Part shown: one piece after another, positions 1-8,400 of the stretch
How positions within the stretch are numbered: position 1 is the first letter of the stretch
How the letters are laid out: every line of letters starts with the position of its first letter
Assembly: GCF_001571285.1 (NCBI RefSeq)
Contig: NZ_BCTM01000001.1
Coordinates: 258,667-282,666, forward strand
Length of the DNA: 24,000 nt
Source of the DNA: Kluyvera cryocrescens NBRC 102467
Lineage (GTDB): Bacteria > Pseudomonadota > Gammaproteobacteria > Enterobacterales > Enterobacteriaceae
Direction of reading: 5' to 3'
Position numbers and translations under genes: made by a program
The notes under the pieces: model-generated
Database searches by the model: none
What the model saw: the letters and a program-made list of their open reading frames with translations, nothing else
Told to the model about the DNA's origin: nothing

Positions 1-990
1 CAGCAGGACAACGGGGCCGAGATGGATCTGATCTATGATCGGGAAACCATGTCGCGTCTGGGTATTAGCGTCGAAGAGGCCAACAGCCTGCTCAACAACG
101 CCTTCGGCCAACGACAGATCTCCACCATCTATCAGCCGCTTAATCAGTACAAAGTGGTGATGCAGGTTGACCCTGTTTACACCCAGGACGTCAGTGCGCT
201 GGATAAAATGTTCGTGATTAATAACGACGGCAAAGCCATTCCGCTGTCTTATTTCGCCAAATGGCAGCCGGCCAACGCGCCGCTGTCGGTGAACCATCAG
301 GGGCTATCAGCTGCCTCTACGGTTTCCTTTAACCTGCCGACCGGCAAATCGCTCTCGGAAGCCAGCGACGCCATCACCCGTACCATGACACAGTTGGGCG
401 TCCCGCCAACGGTGCGCGGATCTTTCGCCGGCACGGCGCAGGTATTCCAGGATACGATGAACTCGCAGGTTATTCTGATTATCGCCGCTATCGCCACGGT
501 CTATATCGTGCTGGGGATTTTGTATGAGAGCTACGTCCACCCGCTGACCATTCTCTCTACTCTGCCGTCCGCAGGCGTTGGCGCGCTGCTGGCGCTGGAG
601 CTTTTCGGTGCCCCGTTTAGCCTAATCGCCCTCATTGGGATCATGCTATTAATTGGCATTGTGAAGAAAAATGCCATCATGATGGTCGACTTTGCCCTTG
701 AGGCGCAGCGTAACGGCAACCTATCGCCGGAAGAGGCGATTTTCCAGGCCTGTCTGCTGCGTTTTCGCCCGATAATGATGACCACGCTGGCGGCGCTGTT
801 CGGTGCGCTGCCGCTGGTTATCTCCGGTGGCGATGGGTCGGAACTGCGTCAACCGCTGGGGATTACGATTGTAGGGGGGCTGGTCATGAGCCAGTTGCTG
901 ACCCTTTACACCACACCGGTGATTTATCTGTTCTTCGAGAGTCTACGTCTGCGTTTTTCGCGTCAAACCCGACAATCGGTAACGGAATAA
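1..990 (+). CDS. mdtC: RND multidrug efflux permease MdtC, C-terminal part (5' end lies outside the window)
   Basis: Frame 1 is open from base 1 and ends at TAA 988-990. The product has an AcrB/RND-type C-terminal transmembrane region. It is followed 2 nt later by mdtD-baeS-baeR, as in the E. coli mdtABCD-baeSR operon. Confidence 0.9.
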   Translation, partial: QQDNGAEMDLIYDRETMSRLGISVEEANSLLNNAFGQRQISTIYQPLNQYKVVMQVDPVYTQDVSALDKMFVINNDGKAIPLSYFAKWQPANAPLSVNHQGLSAASTVSFNLPTGKSLSEASDAITRTMTQLGVPPTVRGSFAGTAQVFQDTMNSQVILIIAAIATVYIVLGILYESYVHPLTILSTLPSAGVGALLALELFGAPFSLIALIGIMLLIGIVKKNAIMMVDFALEAQRNGNLSPEEAIFQACLLRFRPIMMTTLAALFGALPLVISGGDGSELRQPLGITIVGGLVMSQLLTLYTTPVIYLFFESLRLRFSRQTRQSVTE

Positions 991-992
991 CC

Positions 993-2405
993 ATGACTGA
1001 ACTTCCAGCCAACGTTCGCTGGCAACTGTGGATCGTGGCGTTCGGCTTTTTCATGCAATCGCTGGACACCACGATAGTCAACACCGCCCTCCCCTCCATG
1101 GCGCTAAGCCTGGGGGAGAGCCCGCTGCACATGCATATGGTGGTGGTCTCCTATGTGCTGACCGTCGCAGTGATGCTGCCCGCCAGCGGCTGGCTGGCCG
1201 ACAGGGTCGGCGTGCGGAACATCTTTTTTATCGCCATTATTCTCTTCACGCTCGGCTCGCTGTTTTGCTCACTTTCCAGCACGCTTAACGAACTGGTGAT
1301 GGCCCGCGTATTGCAAGGGATCGGCGGCGCGATGATGGTTCCTGTCGGCAGGCTAACGGTGATGAAAATCGTGCCTCGCGAACAATACATGGCCGCGATG
1401 ACCTTCGTCACCCTGCCAGGCCAGGTTGGCCCGCTGCTGGGCCCGGCGCTGGGGGGGATTCTGGTTGAATATGCCTCATGGCACTGGATTTTCCTGATCA
1501 ATATTCCCGTTGGCATCATCGGCTGTATCGCCACGTTGGTACTGATGCCCAACTACACGGTACAAACCCGGCGTTTTGATATTTCAGGATTTATCGTGCT
1601 GGCGCTGGGCATGGCGACGCTGACGCTGGCGCTTGATGGGCAAAAAGGCCTGGGCATTTCGCCGATGATGATGGGCGCACTGGTGGCTATCGGCGCCGTC
1701 TCCATCCTGATGTACCTGTGGCATGCCTACGGCAACGACGGTGCGCTGTTTAGCCTCAAGCTGTTCAATACGCCAACCTTCTCGCTGGGGCTGGCCGGTA
1801 GCTTTGCCGGGCGTATCGGCAGCGGCATGCTGCCGTTTATGACGCCGGTGTTTATGCAGATTGGTCTCGGTTTCACCCCATTTCATGCCGGTCTGATGAT
1901 GATCCCGATGGTACTCGGCAGCATGGGCATGAAGCGCATCGTGGTGCAGGTGGTTAACCGCTTTGGTTACCGTCACGTGCTGGTGTTCAGCACTCTTAGC
2001 CTGGCGCTCATCAGCCTGCTCTTTATGTTCACCGCGCTGGCCGGTTGGTACTACGCGCTGCCGGTCGTGTTGTTTATCCAGGGTATGGTCAACTCCAGCC
2101 GTTTCTCGTCGATGAACACCCTAACGCTAAAAGACCTGCCGGACGAACATGCCAGCAGCGGCAATAGCCTGCTGTCGATGATTATGCAGCTATCGATGAG
2201 TATCGGTGTCACCATCGCGGGGATCCTGCTGGGGATGTTTGGCCAGCAGCATATTGCGGTAGGCAGCGACACCACTCACCACGTATTTATGTACACCTAT
2301 TTATGTATGGCCGTGATTATTGCGCTTCCAGCCCTCGTGTTCGCGCGAGTGCCGGACGATATCAGCAAAAACGTGGTTATCGCCCGACGCAAATTGAAGG
2401 AGTAA
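993..2405 (+). CDS. mdtD: MFS transporter MdtD (14-TMS drug:H+ antiporter type)
   Basis: 470-aa highly hydrophobic ORF. Its size and position between mdtC and baeS match E. coli MdtD (about 471 aa). The N-terminus is MFS-like ([27 protein letters not shown]). Confidence 0.92.
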   Translation: MTELPANVRWQLWIVAFGFFMQSLDTTIVNTALPSMALSLGESPLHMHMVVVSYVLTVAVMLPASGWLADRVGVRNIFFIAIILFTLGSLFCSLSSTLNELVMARVLQGIGGAMMVPVGRLTVMKIVPREQYMAAMTFVTLPGQVGPLLGPALGGILVEYASWHWIFLINIPVGIIGCIATLVLMPNYTVQTRRFDISGFIVLALGMATLTLALDGQKGLGISPMMMGALVAIGAVSILMYLWHAYGNDGALFSLKLFNTPTFSLGLAGSFAGRIGSGMLPFMTPVFMQIGLGFTPFHAGLMMIPMVLGSMGMKRIVVQVVNRFGYRHVLVFSTLSLALISLLFMFTALAGWYYALPVVLFIQGMVNSSRFSSMNTLTLKDLPDEHASSGNSLLSMIMQLSMSIGVTIAGILLGMFGQQHIAVGSDTTHHVFMYTYLCMAVIIALPALVFARVPDDISKNVVIARRKLKE

Positions 2406-2408
2406 ATC

Positions 2409-3848
2409 GTGAAATTATGGCGCCCGGGGATCTCCGGCAAACTGTTTCTCGCCATTTTAGCCACCTGTATTGTGCTGCTGATTAGCATGCATTGGGCGGT
2501 GCGCATCAGCTTTGAGCGCGGTTTTATTGACTACATCAAGCGCGGTAACGAACAGCGGCTACAGCTGCTGAGCGATGCGCTGGCGGAGCAGTATGCCCAG
2601 CACGGTAACTGGCGCTTTTTACGCAACAACGATCGTTTTATCTTCCAGATCCTACGCTCATTCGAACACGATAATAATGAGGACAAAATGCCGCCAGGCC
2701 CTCCCGGCCCCGGTATGGGTCCCGAACGCGGAGGCATGCCGCCGCACGGCTGGCGAACCCAGTTTTGGGTGGTGGATCAAAACGCCCGCGTGTTGGTTGG
2801 TCCGCGTGAAGCGGTGCCGCACGATGGCACCCGGCGCGGTATTATCGTTAACGGTATGGAGGTCGGCGCCGTCATTGCTTCACCGGTCGAACGGTTGACC
2901 CGGAACACCGATATCAATTTCGACAGGCAACAGCGGCGCACCAGTTGGCTTATCGTCGGGCTGGCTACTCTGCTCGCCGCACTGGCCACCTTCCCGCTGG
3001 CGCGCGGGCTTATCGCGCCGGTAAGGCGGCTGGTAGAAGGCACCCACAAGCTGGCGGCCGGTGACTTTTCAACCCGCGTGCCGGTCACCAGCGGCGATGA
3101 GCTGGGCAAGCTGGCGCAGGATTTTAACCAGCTTGCCAGCACGCTGGAGAAAAACCAGCAGATGCGCCGCGATTTAATGGCCGACATTTCCCATGAGCTG
3201 CGTACTCCGCTGGCGGTGCTGCGTGGGGAACTGGAAGCCATTCAGGACGGTGTCCGCAAATTTACCCCGGAATCGGTGACCTCGTTGCAGGCGGAAGTTG
3301 CCACGCTCACCAAGCTGGTCAACGATTTGCATCAGCTGTCCATGTCCGATGAAGGGGCGTTGGCCTACCAGAAATCACCGGTAGATATCATTTCGCTGCT
3401 GGAGATCGCCGCCGATGCCTTCCGTGAACGTCTTGCCAGCCGGGGATTGACGCTGAATCTGGCGCTGGCGGAAAATGCCACGGTCTTCGGCGATCCGGAC
3501 CGTTTGATGCAGCTATTCAACAATCTGCTGGAAAACAGCCTGCGCTACACCGATAGCGGCGGCCAGGTGCTGATTCGTACCCACCTCAATCCTCAGCACA
3601 TCGTGATGGAGTTTGCTGACAGCGGCCCGGGCGTCACCGATGAACAGCTGAGCAAACTGTGCGAACGCTTTTACCGCACCGAAGGTTCACGCAACCGCGC
3701 TAGCGGCGGATCCGGCCTTGGACTGGCGATCTGCGCCAATATCGTTGCCGCTCACGGCGGCCGTCTTGAGGTCGGGCATTCGCCTTTTGGCGGGGTTAGC
3801 ATTAAAGTAGAGTTACCGCTGGAACGCGCAATACCGAGAGAGATATGA
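2409..3848 (+). CDS. baeS: Envelope-stress sensor histidine kinase BaeS
   Basis: GTG start 3 nt after the mdtD stop. The N-terminus [17 protein letters not shown]...[17 protein letters not shown] is near-identical to my memory of E. coli BaeS. It has a HAMP region, an H-box ([11 protein letters not shown]) and HATPase G-boxes ([15 protein letters not shown]). Confidence 0.93.
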   Translation: MKLWRPGISGKLFLAILATCIVLLISMHWAVRISFERGFIDYIKRGNEQRLQLLSDALAEQYAQHGNWRFLRNNDRFIFQILRSFEHDNNEDKMPPGPPGPGMGPERGGMPPHGWRTQFWVVDQNARVLVGPREAVPHDGTRRGIIVNGMEVGAVIASPVERLTRNTDINFDRQQRRTSWLIVGLATLLAALATFPLARGLIAPVRRLVEGTHKLAAGDFSTRVPVTSGDELGKLAQDFNQLASTLEKNQQMRRDLMADISHELRTPLAVLRGELEAIQDGVRKFTPESVTSLQAEVATLTKLVNDLHQLSMSDEGALAYQKSPVDIISLLEIAADAFRERLASRGLTLNLALAENATVFGDPDRLMQLFNNLLENSLRYTDSGGQVLIRTHLNPQHIVMEFADSGPGVTDEQLSKLCERFYRTEGSRNRASGGSGLGLAICANIVAAHGGRLEVGHSPFGGVSIKVELPLERAIPREI

Positions 3849-4567
3849 CCGAGTTACCAATTGATGAGAACGCCCCACGCATTTTGATTGTGGAAGATGA
3901 ACCCAAACTGGGACAACTGCTCATCGACTATCTACTGGCAGCGCACTATGCACCGACGTTAATTAGCCACGGCGATAAAGTGCTGCCGTATGTCCATCAG
4001 TCGCCCCCAAATCTGATCCTGCTGGATTTAATGCTGCCGGGCACCGACGGCCTAACGCTGTGCCGCGAAATTCGCCGCTTCTCTGACGTTCCTATCGTGA
4101 TGGTGACGGCTAAAATTGAAGAGATTGACCGTCTGCTGGGGCTGGAAATTGGCGCAGACGACTATATCTGTAAGCCGTACAGCCCGCGAGAAGTGGTCGC
4201 GCGCGTGAAAACCATTTTACGCCGCTGTAAGCCACGCCAGGAGCTACAGGCGCTGGACGAGCAAAGTCCGCTTATCGTCGACGAAAACCGCTTTCAGGCC
4301 TCGTGGCGTGACCGCCTGCTGGATCTCACCCCGGCTGAATTTCGCCTGCTAAAAACCCTGTCGCAGGAGCCCGGCAAAGTGTTTTCCCGCGAACAGTTGC
4401 TTAACCATCTGTATGACGACTATCGCGTGGTGACCGACCGTACCATCGACAGCCACATTAAAAATCTGCGCCGCAAGCTGGAGTCGCTTGACGCCGAGCA
4501 GTCGTTTATCCGCGCCGTCTACGGCGTGGGCTACCGCTGGGAAGCCGATGCCTGCCGGATGGCCTAA
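3845..4567 (+). CDS. baeR: OmpR-family response regulator BaeR
   Basis: ATGA start/stop overlap with baeS. Receiver domain (ILIVEDEP...[11 protein letters not shown]...KPY) plus a winged-helix output domain ([11 protein letters not shown]...VYGVGYRW). 240 aa, as in E. coli. Confidence 0.95.
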   Translation: MTELPIDENAPRILIVEDEPKLGQLLIDYLLAAHYAPTLISHGDKVLPYVHQSPPNLILLDLMLPGTDGLTLCREIRRFSDVPIVMVTAKIEEIDRLLGLEIGADDYICKPYSPREVVARVKTILRRCKPRQELQALDEQSPLIVDENRFQASWRDRLLDLTPAEFRLLKTLSQEPGKVFSREQLLNHLYDDYRVVTDRTIDSHIKNLRRKLESLDAEQSFIRAVYGVGYRWEADACRMA

Positions 4568-4574
4568 CCCCATC

Positions 4575-4607
4575 GCGAGCGGTTTCACCACCGCTCGCTA
4601 TTCTCTC
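4575..4607 (+). terminator. Probable intrinsic terminator after baeR
   Basis: Perfect 8-bp GC-rich stem GCGAGCGG (4575-4582) / CCGCTCGC (4591-4598) with an 8-nt loop. It is followed by a T/C-rich tail (TATTCTCTC), so the U-tract is imperfect. Confidence 0.5.
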
Positions 4608-4698
4608 CCGCCGTATTATTAGCATCTGTGCAAATTTCTCCCATACTCATACAGTCAGCCAATACTTCTAACCACTTCAATTTCATCAAGGAGTCACC

Positions 4699-5031
4699 AT
4701 GGCGGGTTGGTTTGAGTTAAGTAAAAGCAGTAACGACCAGTTTCGTTTTGTCCTGAAAGCAGGCAATGGCGAAGTCATTCTTACCAGCGAGCTGTACACC
4801 ACCAGAGCGTCGGCGGAAAACGGCATCGCCTCCGTGCGTACCAACAGTCCGCTGGACGAGCGCTACGAGAAAAAAACGGCGACCAACGGTAAATTCTATT
4901 TCAATCTCAAAGCCGGTAATCACCAGGTGATTGGCAGCAGCCAGCAGTACGCCAGCGAAGCCTCGCGCGATAAAGGCATCGCTTCGGTGAAAACCAACGG
5001 TGCCAGCGAGACCGTAAAAGATAACACCTGA
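4699..5031 (+). CDS. yegP: YegP, tandem DUF1508 (UPF0339) protein
   Basis: 110-aa ORF preceded by AAGGAG. It has two internal repeats (F(R/Y)F.LKAGN..VI..S..Y....(A/S)...GIASV(R/K)TN). Position and size match E. coli yegP. Confidence 0.85.
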   Translation: MAGWFELSKSSNDQFRFVLKAGNGEVILTSELYTTRASAENGIASVRTNSPLDERYEKKTATNGKFYFNLKAGNHQVIGSSQQYASEASRDKGIASVKTNGASETVKDNT

Positions 5032-5046
5032 TAGGTAGATACCCCT

Positions 5047-5072
5047 CCGGGTGGCCGCTGACAGCCACCCGG
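5047..5072 (+). terminator. Hairpin after yegP (weak terminator or RNA-stabilising stem)
   Basis: Perfect 9-bp stem CCGGGTGGC / GCCACCCGG with an 8-nt loop, 16 nt after the yegP stop. The downstream tail CGCTTTAC is only weakly T-rich. Confidence 0.4.
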
Positions 5073-5075
5073 CGC

Positions 5076-5104
5076 TTTACCTCACCTCTGCACAGCGCTA
5101 CAAT
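5076..5104 (+). promoter_or_regulatory. Candidate sigma70 promoter for yegQ
   Basis: TTTACC (5076-5081), 17-bp spacer, TACAAT (5099-5104), about 80 nt upstream of the yegQ ATG. Motif match only. Confidence 0.35.
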
Positions 5105-5185
5105 GCCCGCCCTTAAAGTGGGGACACTCCCCAACTCGCCGCATCAGGTGTGGCGAATCTGACCTGTCATCAGAACGAGAAAATC

Positions 5186-6547
5186 ATGTTTAAACCGGAA
5201 CTCCTCTCCCCGGCGGGAACGCTGAAAAATATGCGTTACGCTTTCGCTTACGGTGCCGATGCAGTTTATGCCGGCCAACCGCGCTACTCGCTGCGCGTGC
5301 GTAACAACGAATTCAATCACGAAAATCTGCAGCTCGGCATCAATGAGGCCCACGAACTGGGTAAAAAATTCTATGTGGTGGTCAACATTGCCCCGCATAA
5401 CGCCAAGCTGAAAACCTTTATTCGTGATTTGAAGCCGGTGGTGGATATGGGGCCGGATGCGCTGATTATGTCCGATCCAGGGCTGATTATGCTGGTACGT
5501 GAAAACTTCCCTGACATGGATATTCACCTGTCCGTGCAGGCGAACGCCGTCAACTGGGCTACGGTAAAATTCTGGAAACAGATGGGCCTGACCCGCGTGA
5601 TCCTCTCCCGCGAGCTGTCGCTGGAAGAAATTGAAGAGATCCGCAGCCAGGTGCCGGATATGGAGATTGAAATCTTCGTCCACGGCGCGCTGTGCATGGC
5701 CTACTCCGGCCGCTGCCTGCTGTCTGGCTACATCAACAAGCGTGACCCGAACCAGGGCACCTGCACCAACGCCTGCCGCTGGGAATACAACGTACAGGAA
5801 GGCAAAGAAGACGATATCGGCAATATCGTTCACAAATACGAACCGATCCCGGTACAGAACGTGGAGCCAACCCTCGGCGTTGGCGCACCGACCGATCAGG
5901 TGTTTATGCTGGAAGAGGCCAAACGTCCGGGCGAGTACATGACCGCCTTTGAAGACGAACACGGCACCTACATCATGAACTCAAAAGATCTGCGCGCCGT
6001 GGCTCACGTTGAGCGTCTGACCCAAATGGGCGTGCACTCGCTGAAAATCGAAGGCCGCACCAAATCGCACTACTACTGCGCCCGCACCGCGCAGGTCTAT
6101 CGTAAAGCGATTGATGATGCCGCTGCCGGTAAACCATTCGATACCAACCTGCTGGAAACGCTGGAAAACCTCGCCCACCGTGGTTACACCGAAGGTTTCC
6201 TGCGTCGCCACACGCATGACGATTATCAGAACTACGAATACGGTTTTTCGGTCTCCGAGCGCCAGCAGTTTGTCGGCGAATTTACCGGCCAGCGCAAAGG
6301 CGTGATGGCCGAAGTGGCGGTGAAAAACAAATTTGCCCTTGGCGATAATCTGGAACTGATGACCCCGCAGGGCAACGTCAACTTCAGCCTCGAGCAGATG
6401 GAAGATGCCAAAGGCGTCGCGAAACCGGTCGCACCGGGCGACGGTCACACCGTATGGATTCCCGTGCCGGAAGATATCGAACTGGAGTATGGTCTGCTGA
6501 TGCGCAATTTCACGGGAGAATCCACTCGGAATCCGCATAACAGCTAG
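5186..6547 (+). CDS. yegQ: Peptidase-U32 family protein YegQ (TrhP, prephenate-dependent tRNA ho5U34 hydroxylation factor)
   Basis: Translation from ATG 5186 (MFKPELLSPAGTLKNMRYAFAYGADAVYAGQPRYSLRVRNNEF...) is near-identical to my memory of E. coli YegQ and gives 453 aa. The GTG at 5150 in the ORF track adds 12 non-conserved residues, so I prefer 5186. A GAGA lies 5 nt upstream. Confidence 0.92.
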   Translation: MFKPELLSPAGTLKNMRYAFAYGADAVYAGQPRYSLRVRNNEFNHENLQLGINEAHELGKKFYVVVNIAPHNAKLKTFIRDLKPVVDMGPDALIMSDPGLIMLVRENFPDMDIHLSVQANAVNWATVKFWKQMGLTRVILSRELSLEEIEEIRSQVPDMEIEIFVHGALCMAYSGRCLLSGYINKRDPNQGTCTNACRWEYNVQEGKEDDIGNIVHKYEPIPVQNVEPTLGVGAPTDQVFMLEEAKRPGEYMTAFEDEHGTYIMNSKDLRAVAHVERLTQMGVHSLKIEGRTKSHYYCARTAQVYRKAIDDAAAGKPFDTNLLETLENLAHRGYTEGFLRRHTHDDYQNYEYGFSVSERQQFVGEFTGQRKGVMAEVAVKNKFALGDNLELMTPQGNVNFSLEQMEDAKGVAKPVAPGDGHTVWIPVPEDIELEYGLLMRNFTGESTRNPHNS

Positions 6548-6580
6548 TACATATATATTGTTTTTCAATAGCAAAGATTC

Positions 6581-6623
6581 TTAGAAATGGATCACAGACG
6601 GAATTATCAATAGTCGATACTAT
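6581..6623 (+). promoter_or_regulatory. cyaR promoter: CRP-like site plus -10 element
   Basis: TTAGA-aatgga-TCACA (6581-6596) is centred about 42 bp upstream of the inferred CyaR 5' end (class II spacing). TACTAT (6618-6623) ends 7 nt before base 6631. CyaR is known to be CRP-activated in E. coli and Salmonella. Confidence 0.45.
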
Positions 6624-6630
6624 TCCCTCC

Positions 6631-6718
6631 GCTGAAAAACATAATCCATAAATGCTAGCTGTACCCAAGAACCACCTCCTTAGCCTGTGTAATCTCCCTT
6701 ACACGGGCTTATTTTTTT
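6631..6718 (+). ncRNA. cyaR: Hfq-dependent sRNA CyaR (RyeE)
   Basis: GCTGAAAAACATAATCCATAAATGCTAGCTGTACCCAAGAACCACCTCCTTAGCCTGTGTAATCTCCCTTACACGGGCTTATTTTTTT matches my memory of the roughly 87-nt E. coli CyaR almost base for base. The match includes the CACCUCCUUA seed and the terminator stem GCCTGTGTAA/TTACACGGGC plus U-tract. The location downstream of yegQ is the same as in E. coli. Confidence 0.9.
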
Positions 6719-7149
6719 GTCCCAGCCTGAGTGCCCTTCTTCCGCGTTGCCGTCACCCTTTCCAGCGCAGCCTGGGCTAAAAAACCAGACCGACTCTTGA
6801 ACTCCGGATTACTAGCCACGCAGCGATCAATTCTATCAATCAATGATTTCGGCAGCGTCACGTTGATTTTTTCCGAGCCACCGAGCAGCCGGGTCATATC
6901 AATCTCAACAAGCGCCCAGGTATAGTCCGAATATTGTGGGTCTTTGGCCAACTCAGCCACGGTGGATACCGTGGGAATATCCTGTTCGAGTTCAACCAGC
7001 AGCTCAATGTGGCCAGTTATCGCCTCTTTAGCACTGTAGATGGCATCATCCAGCGTATCCCCTGCTGAAAAGCAGCCAGGAAGATCGGGAACGATAACTC
7101 CGTAAGCATGCTTTTCGTCCCCCGCCTCAATTGCTATTGGGTAGAACAT
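6709..7149 (-). CDS. hicB: HicB-family antitoxin (N-terminal HicB fold plus C-terminal ribbon-helix-helix DNA-binding domain)
   Basis: 146 aa. The N-terminal MFYPIAIEAGDEKHAYGVIVPDLPGCFSAGDTLDDAIYSAKEAI is a typical HicB/UPF0150 motif. The C-terminal KINVTLPKSLIDRIDRCVA...SRSGFLAQAALERV fits a beta-strand-helix-helix RHH. An AGAGG SD lies upstream, and hicA ends 25 nt upstream. Confidence 0.85.
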   Translation of the reverse strand: MFYPIAIEAGDEKHAYGVIVPDLPGCFSAGDTLDDAIYSAKEAITGHIELLVELEQDIPTVSTVAELAKDPQYSDYTWALVEIDMTRLLGGSEKINVTLPKSLIDRIDRCVASNPEFKSRSGFLAQAALERVTATRKKGTQAGTKK

Positions 7150-7174
7150 AATTTGCCTCTTTGTCTGAGCAGGG

Positions 7175-7354
7175 TTATATCCCGGCCTGTTTTCTTATGC
7201 TTTTCACCGTACCTATCGGTAACTCTTTTTTAGGATGCGGTATCGTGACCAACCCAGGTTTTGTGGGATGAGTAAAGTGATGATGGCTGCCATTCACCCT
7301 TATAAGTCTCCAACCATCAGCCTTAATTTCTGCAATTAACGTTCGGCTATCCAT
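7175..7354 (-). CDS. hicA: HicA-family mRNA-interferase toxin
   Basis: 59-aa product MDSRTLIAEIKADGWRLIRVNGSHHHFTHPTKPGLVTIPHPKKELPIGTVKSIRKQAGI is a typical HicA (GSH.H...P...PHP.K(E/D)...GT...I.KQAG). A strong SD (GGAAGGGAGGG) precedes ATG 7354. The toxin-first order is typical of hicAB. The 103-aa ORF-track version (to 7486) is rejected. Confidence 0.85.
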   Translation of the reverse strand: MDSRTLIAEIKADGWRLIRVNGSHHHFTHPTKPGLVTIPHPKKELPIGTVKSIRKQAGI

Positions 7355-7377
7355 ACCCACCCTCCCTTCCAATAAAA

Positions 7378-7436
7378 AAATTATAACTCCACTAACTCCA
7401 CAATACAAACTCACGGAGTTAGTGGAGTTATAATTT
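7378..7436. repeat. Perfect 22-bp inverted repeat (15-nt spacer) in the hicA/yegS divergent intergenic region; candidate HicB operator overlapping the hicA promoter
   Basis: Left arm AAATTATAACTCCACTAACTCC (7378-7399) and right arm GGAGTTAGTGGAGTTATAATTT (7415-7436) are exact reverse complements. Each arm holds two TAACTCC heptamers 9 bp apart. On the - strand, TTGTAT (7403-7408), a 17-bp spacer and TATAAT (7380-7385) form a good sigma70 promoter about 20 nt before the hicA SD. Confidence 0.85.
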
Positions 7437-7500
7437 GGTAGCAAGCACATCTGACCGTCCTTTGTTACACTCTTTGCATACCCCATAAAGAGGTACCACG

Positions 7501-8400
7501 ATGTCAGATTTTCCAGCCAGTTTATTGATCCTTAACGGCAAAGGTGCCAACCACCCGCAGCTGCGTGAAGCGGTTGAACTGCTGCGCGACGAAGGCGTAG
7601 AGATTTATGTCCGCGTAACGTGGGAGAAAGGCGACGCGGTTCGCTATGTGGAAGAGGCGATCGCCCTCAAGGTCGCAACGGTGATTGCCGGCGGCGGCGA
7701 CGGCACCATCAACGAAATTGCGACTGCGCTTATCCAGTGCGAGGGGAACCCGGTTCCGGCACTCGGCATTTTGCCGCTTGGCACCGCCAACGACTTCGCG
7801 ACCAGCGTCAATATCCCGGCCGATATGGCCAATGCCTTAAAGCTGGCGATTGCCGGGCGCGACGTGCCGGTTGATATCGCCCAAGTGAATGGCAAAACCT
7901 GTTTTATCAATATGGCTACCGGCGGTTTTGGTACGCGTATCACCACCGAAACGCCGGAGAAATTGAAAGCCGCGCTCGGCGGCGTGTCGTATCTGATCCA
8001 CGGGCTGATGCGCATGGACACCTTAAAACCCGACCGCTGCAAAATACAGGGCGAGAACTTTAGCTGGCAAGGCGATGCGCTGGTGATTGGCATCGGCAAT
8101 GGACGTCAGGCCGGGGGCGGGCAACAGCTTTGCCCGGACGCGCTGATTGACGACGGCCTGCTGCATCTGCGTATTTTTACCGGCGAAGAGCTTCTGCCGG
8201 CGCTGTTTAATACGCTGGCCAGCAGCGATGGCACGGAGAATCTGGTGGACAGCGTGTCACCGTGGTTTGAAGTAACGGCGCCACATGAGATGACCTTTAA
8301 CCTCGACGGCGAGCCGTTGAGCGGGAAAACCTTCCGCATGGAGATTTTGCCGGCGGCACTGCGCTGTCGCCTGCCGCCGGACTGCCCGTTGCTGCGTTAA
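7501..8400 (+). CDS. yegS: Lipid kinase YegS (DAGK-catalytic-domain family)
   Basis: 299 aa. [14 protein letters not shown]...[12 protein letters not shown]...[13 protein letters not shown]...[18 protein letters not shown] is near-identical to my memory of E. coli YegS. An AAGAGG SD lies 7 nt upstream. Confidence 0.92.
   Translation: MSDFPASLLILNGKGANHPQLREAVELLRDEGVEIYVRVTWEKGDAVRYVEEAIALKVATVIAGGGDGTINEIATALIQCEGNPVPALGILPLGTANDFATSVNIPADMANALKLAIAGRDVPVDIAQVNGKTCFINMATGGFGTRITTETPEKLKAALGGVSYLIHGLMRMDTLKPDRCKIQGENFSWQGDALVIGIGNGRQAGGGQQLCPDALIDDGLLHLRIFTGEELLPALFNTLASSDGTENLVDSVSPWFEVTAPHEMTFNLDGEPLSGKTFRMEILPAALRCRLPPDCPLLR

Noticed and set aside
2680-2760. Pro/Gly-rich low-complexity stretch in the BaeS periplasmic region ([23 protein letters not shown])
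   Set aside because: It caught the eye as a possible insertion or repeat. However, it is in frame inside an otherwise intact BaeS, and I believe E. coli BaeS also has a Pro/Gly-rich segment here. I cannot call it unusual without an alignment.
5144-5962. 272-aa ORF on the - strand, plus 5981-6574 (197 aa), opposite yegQ
   Set aside because: Both lie entirely antisense to a gene whose translation matches E. coli YegQ almost residue for residue. The products are low-complexity (His/Arg/Val-rich) with no recognisable motifs or SD. These are typical shadow ORFs of GC-rich coding DNA.
6700-7440. Search for direct repeats (att-like duplication of the cyaR 3' end) flanking the hicAB cassette
   Set aside because: Only a weak resemblance exists between the two A/T runs (TTATTTTTTT at 6709-6718 versus AATAAAAAAA at 7371-7380, in inverted orientation). 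That is too short and too low in complexity to call an att duplication.
7355-7486. 44-codon in-frame N-terminal extension of hicA (the 103-aa ORF in the track)
   Set aside because: The extension reads through the 22-bp inverted repeat and the predicted promoter and has no HicA similarity. The internal ATG 7354 has a strong SD and yields a canonical 59-aa HicA.
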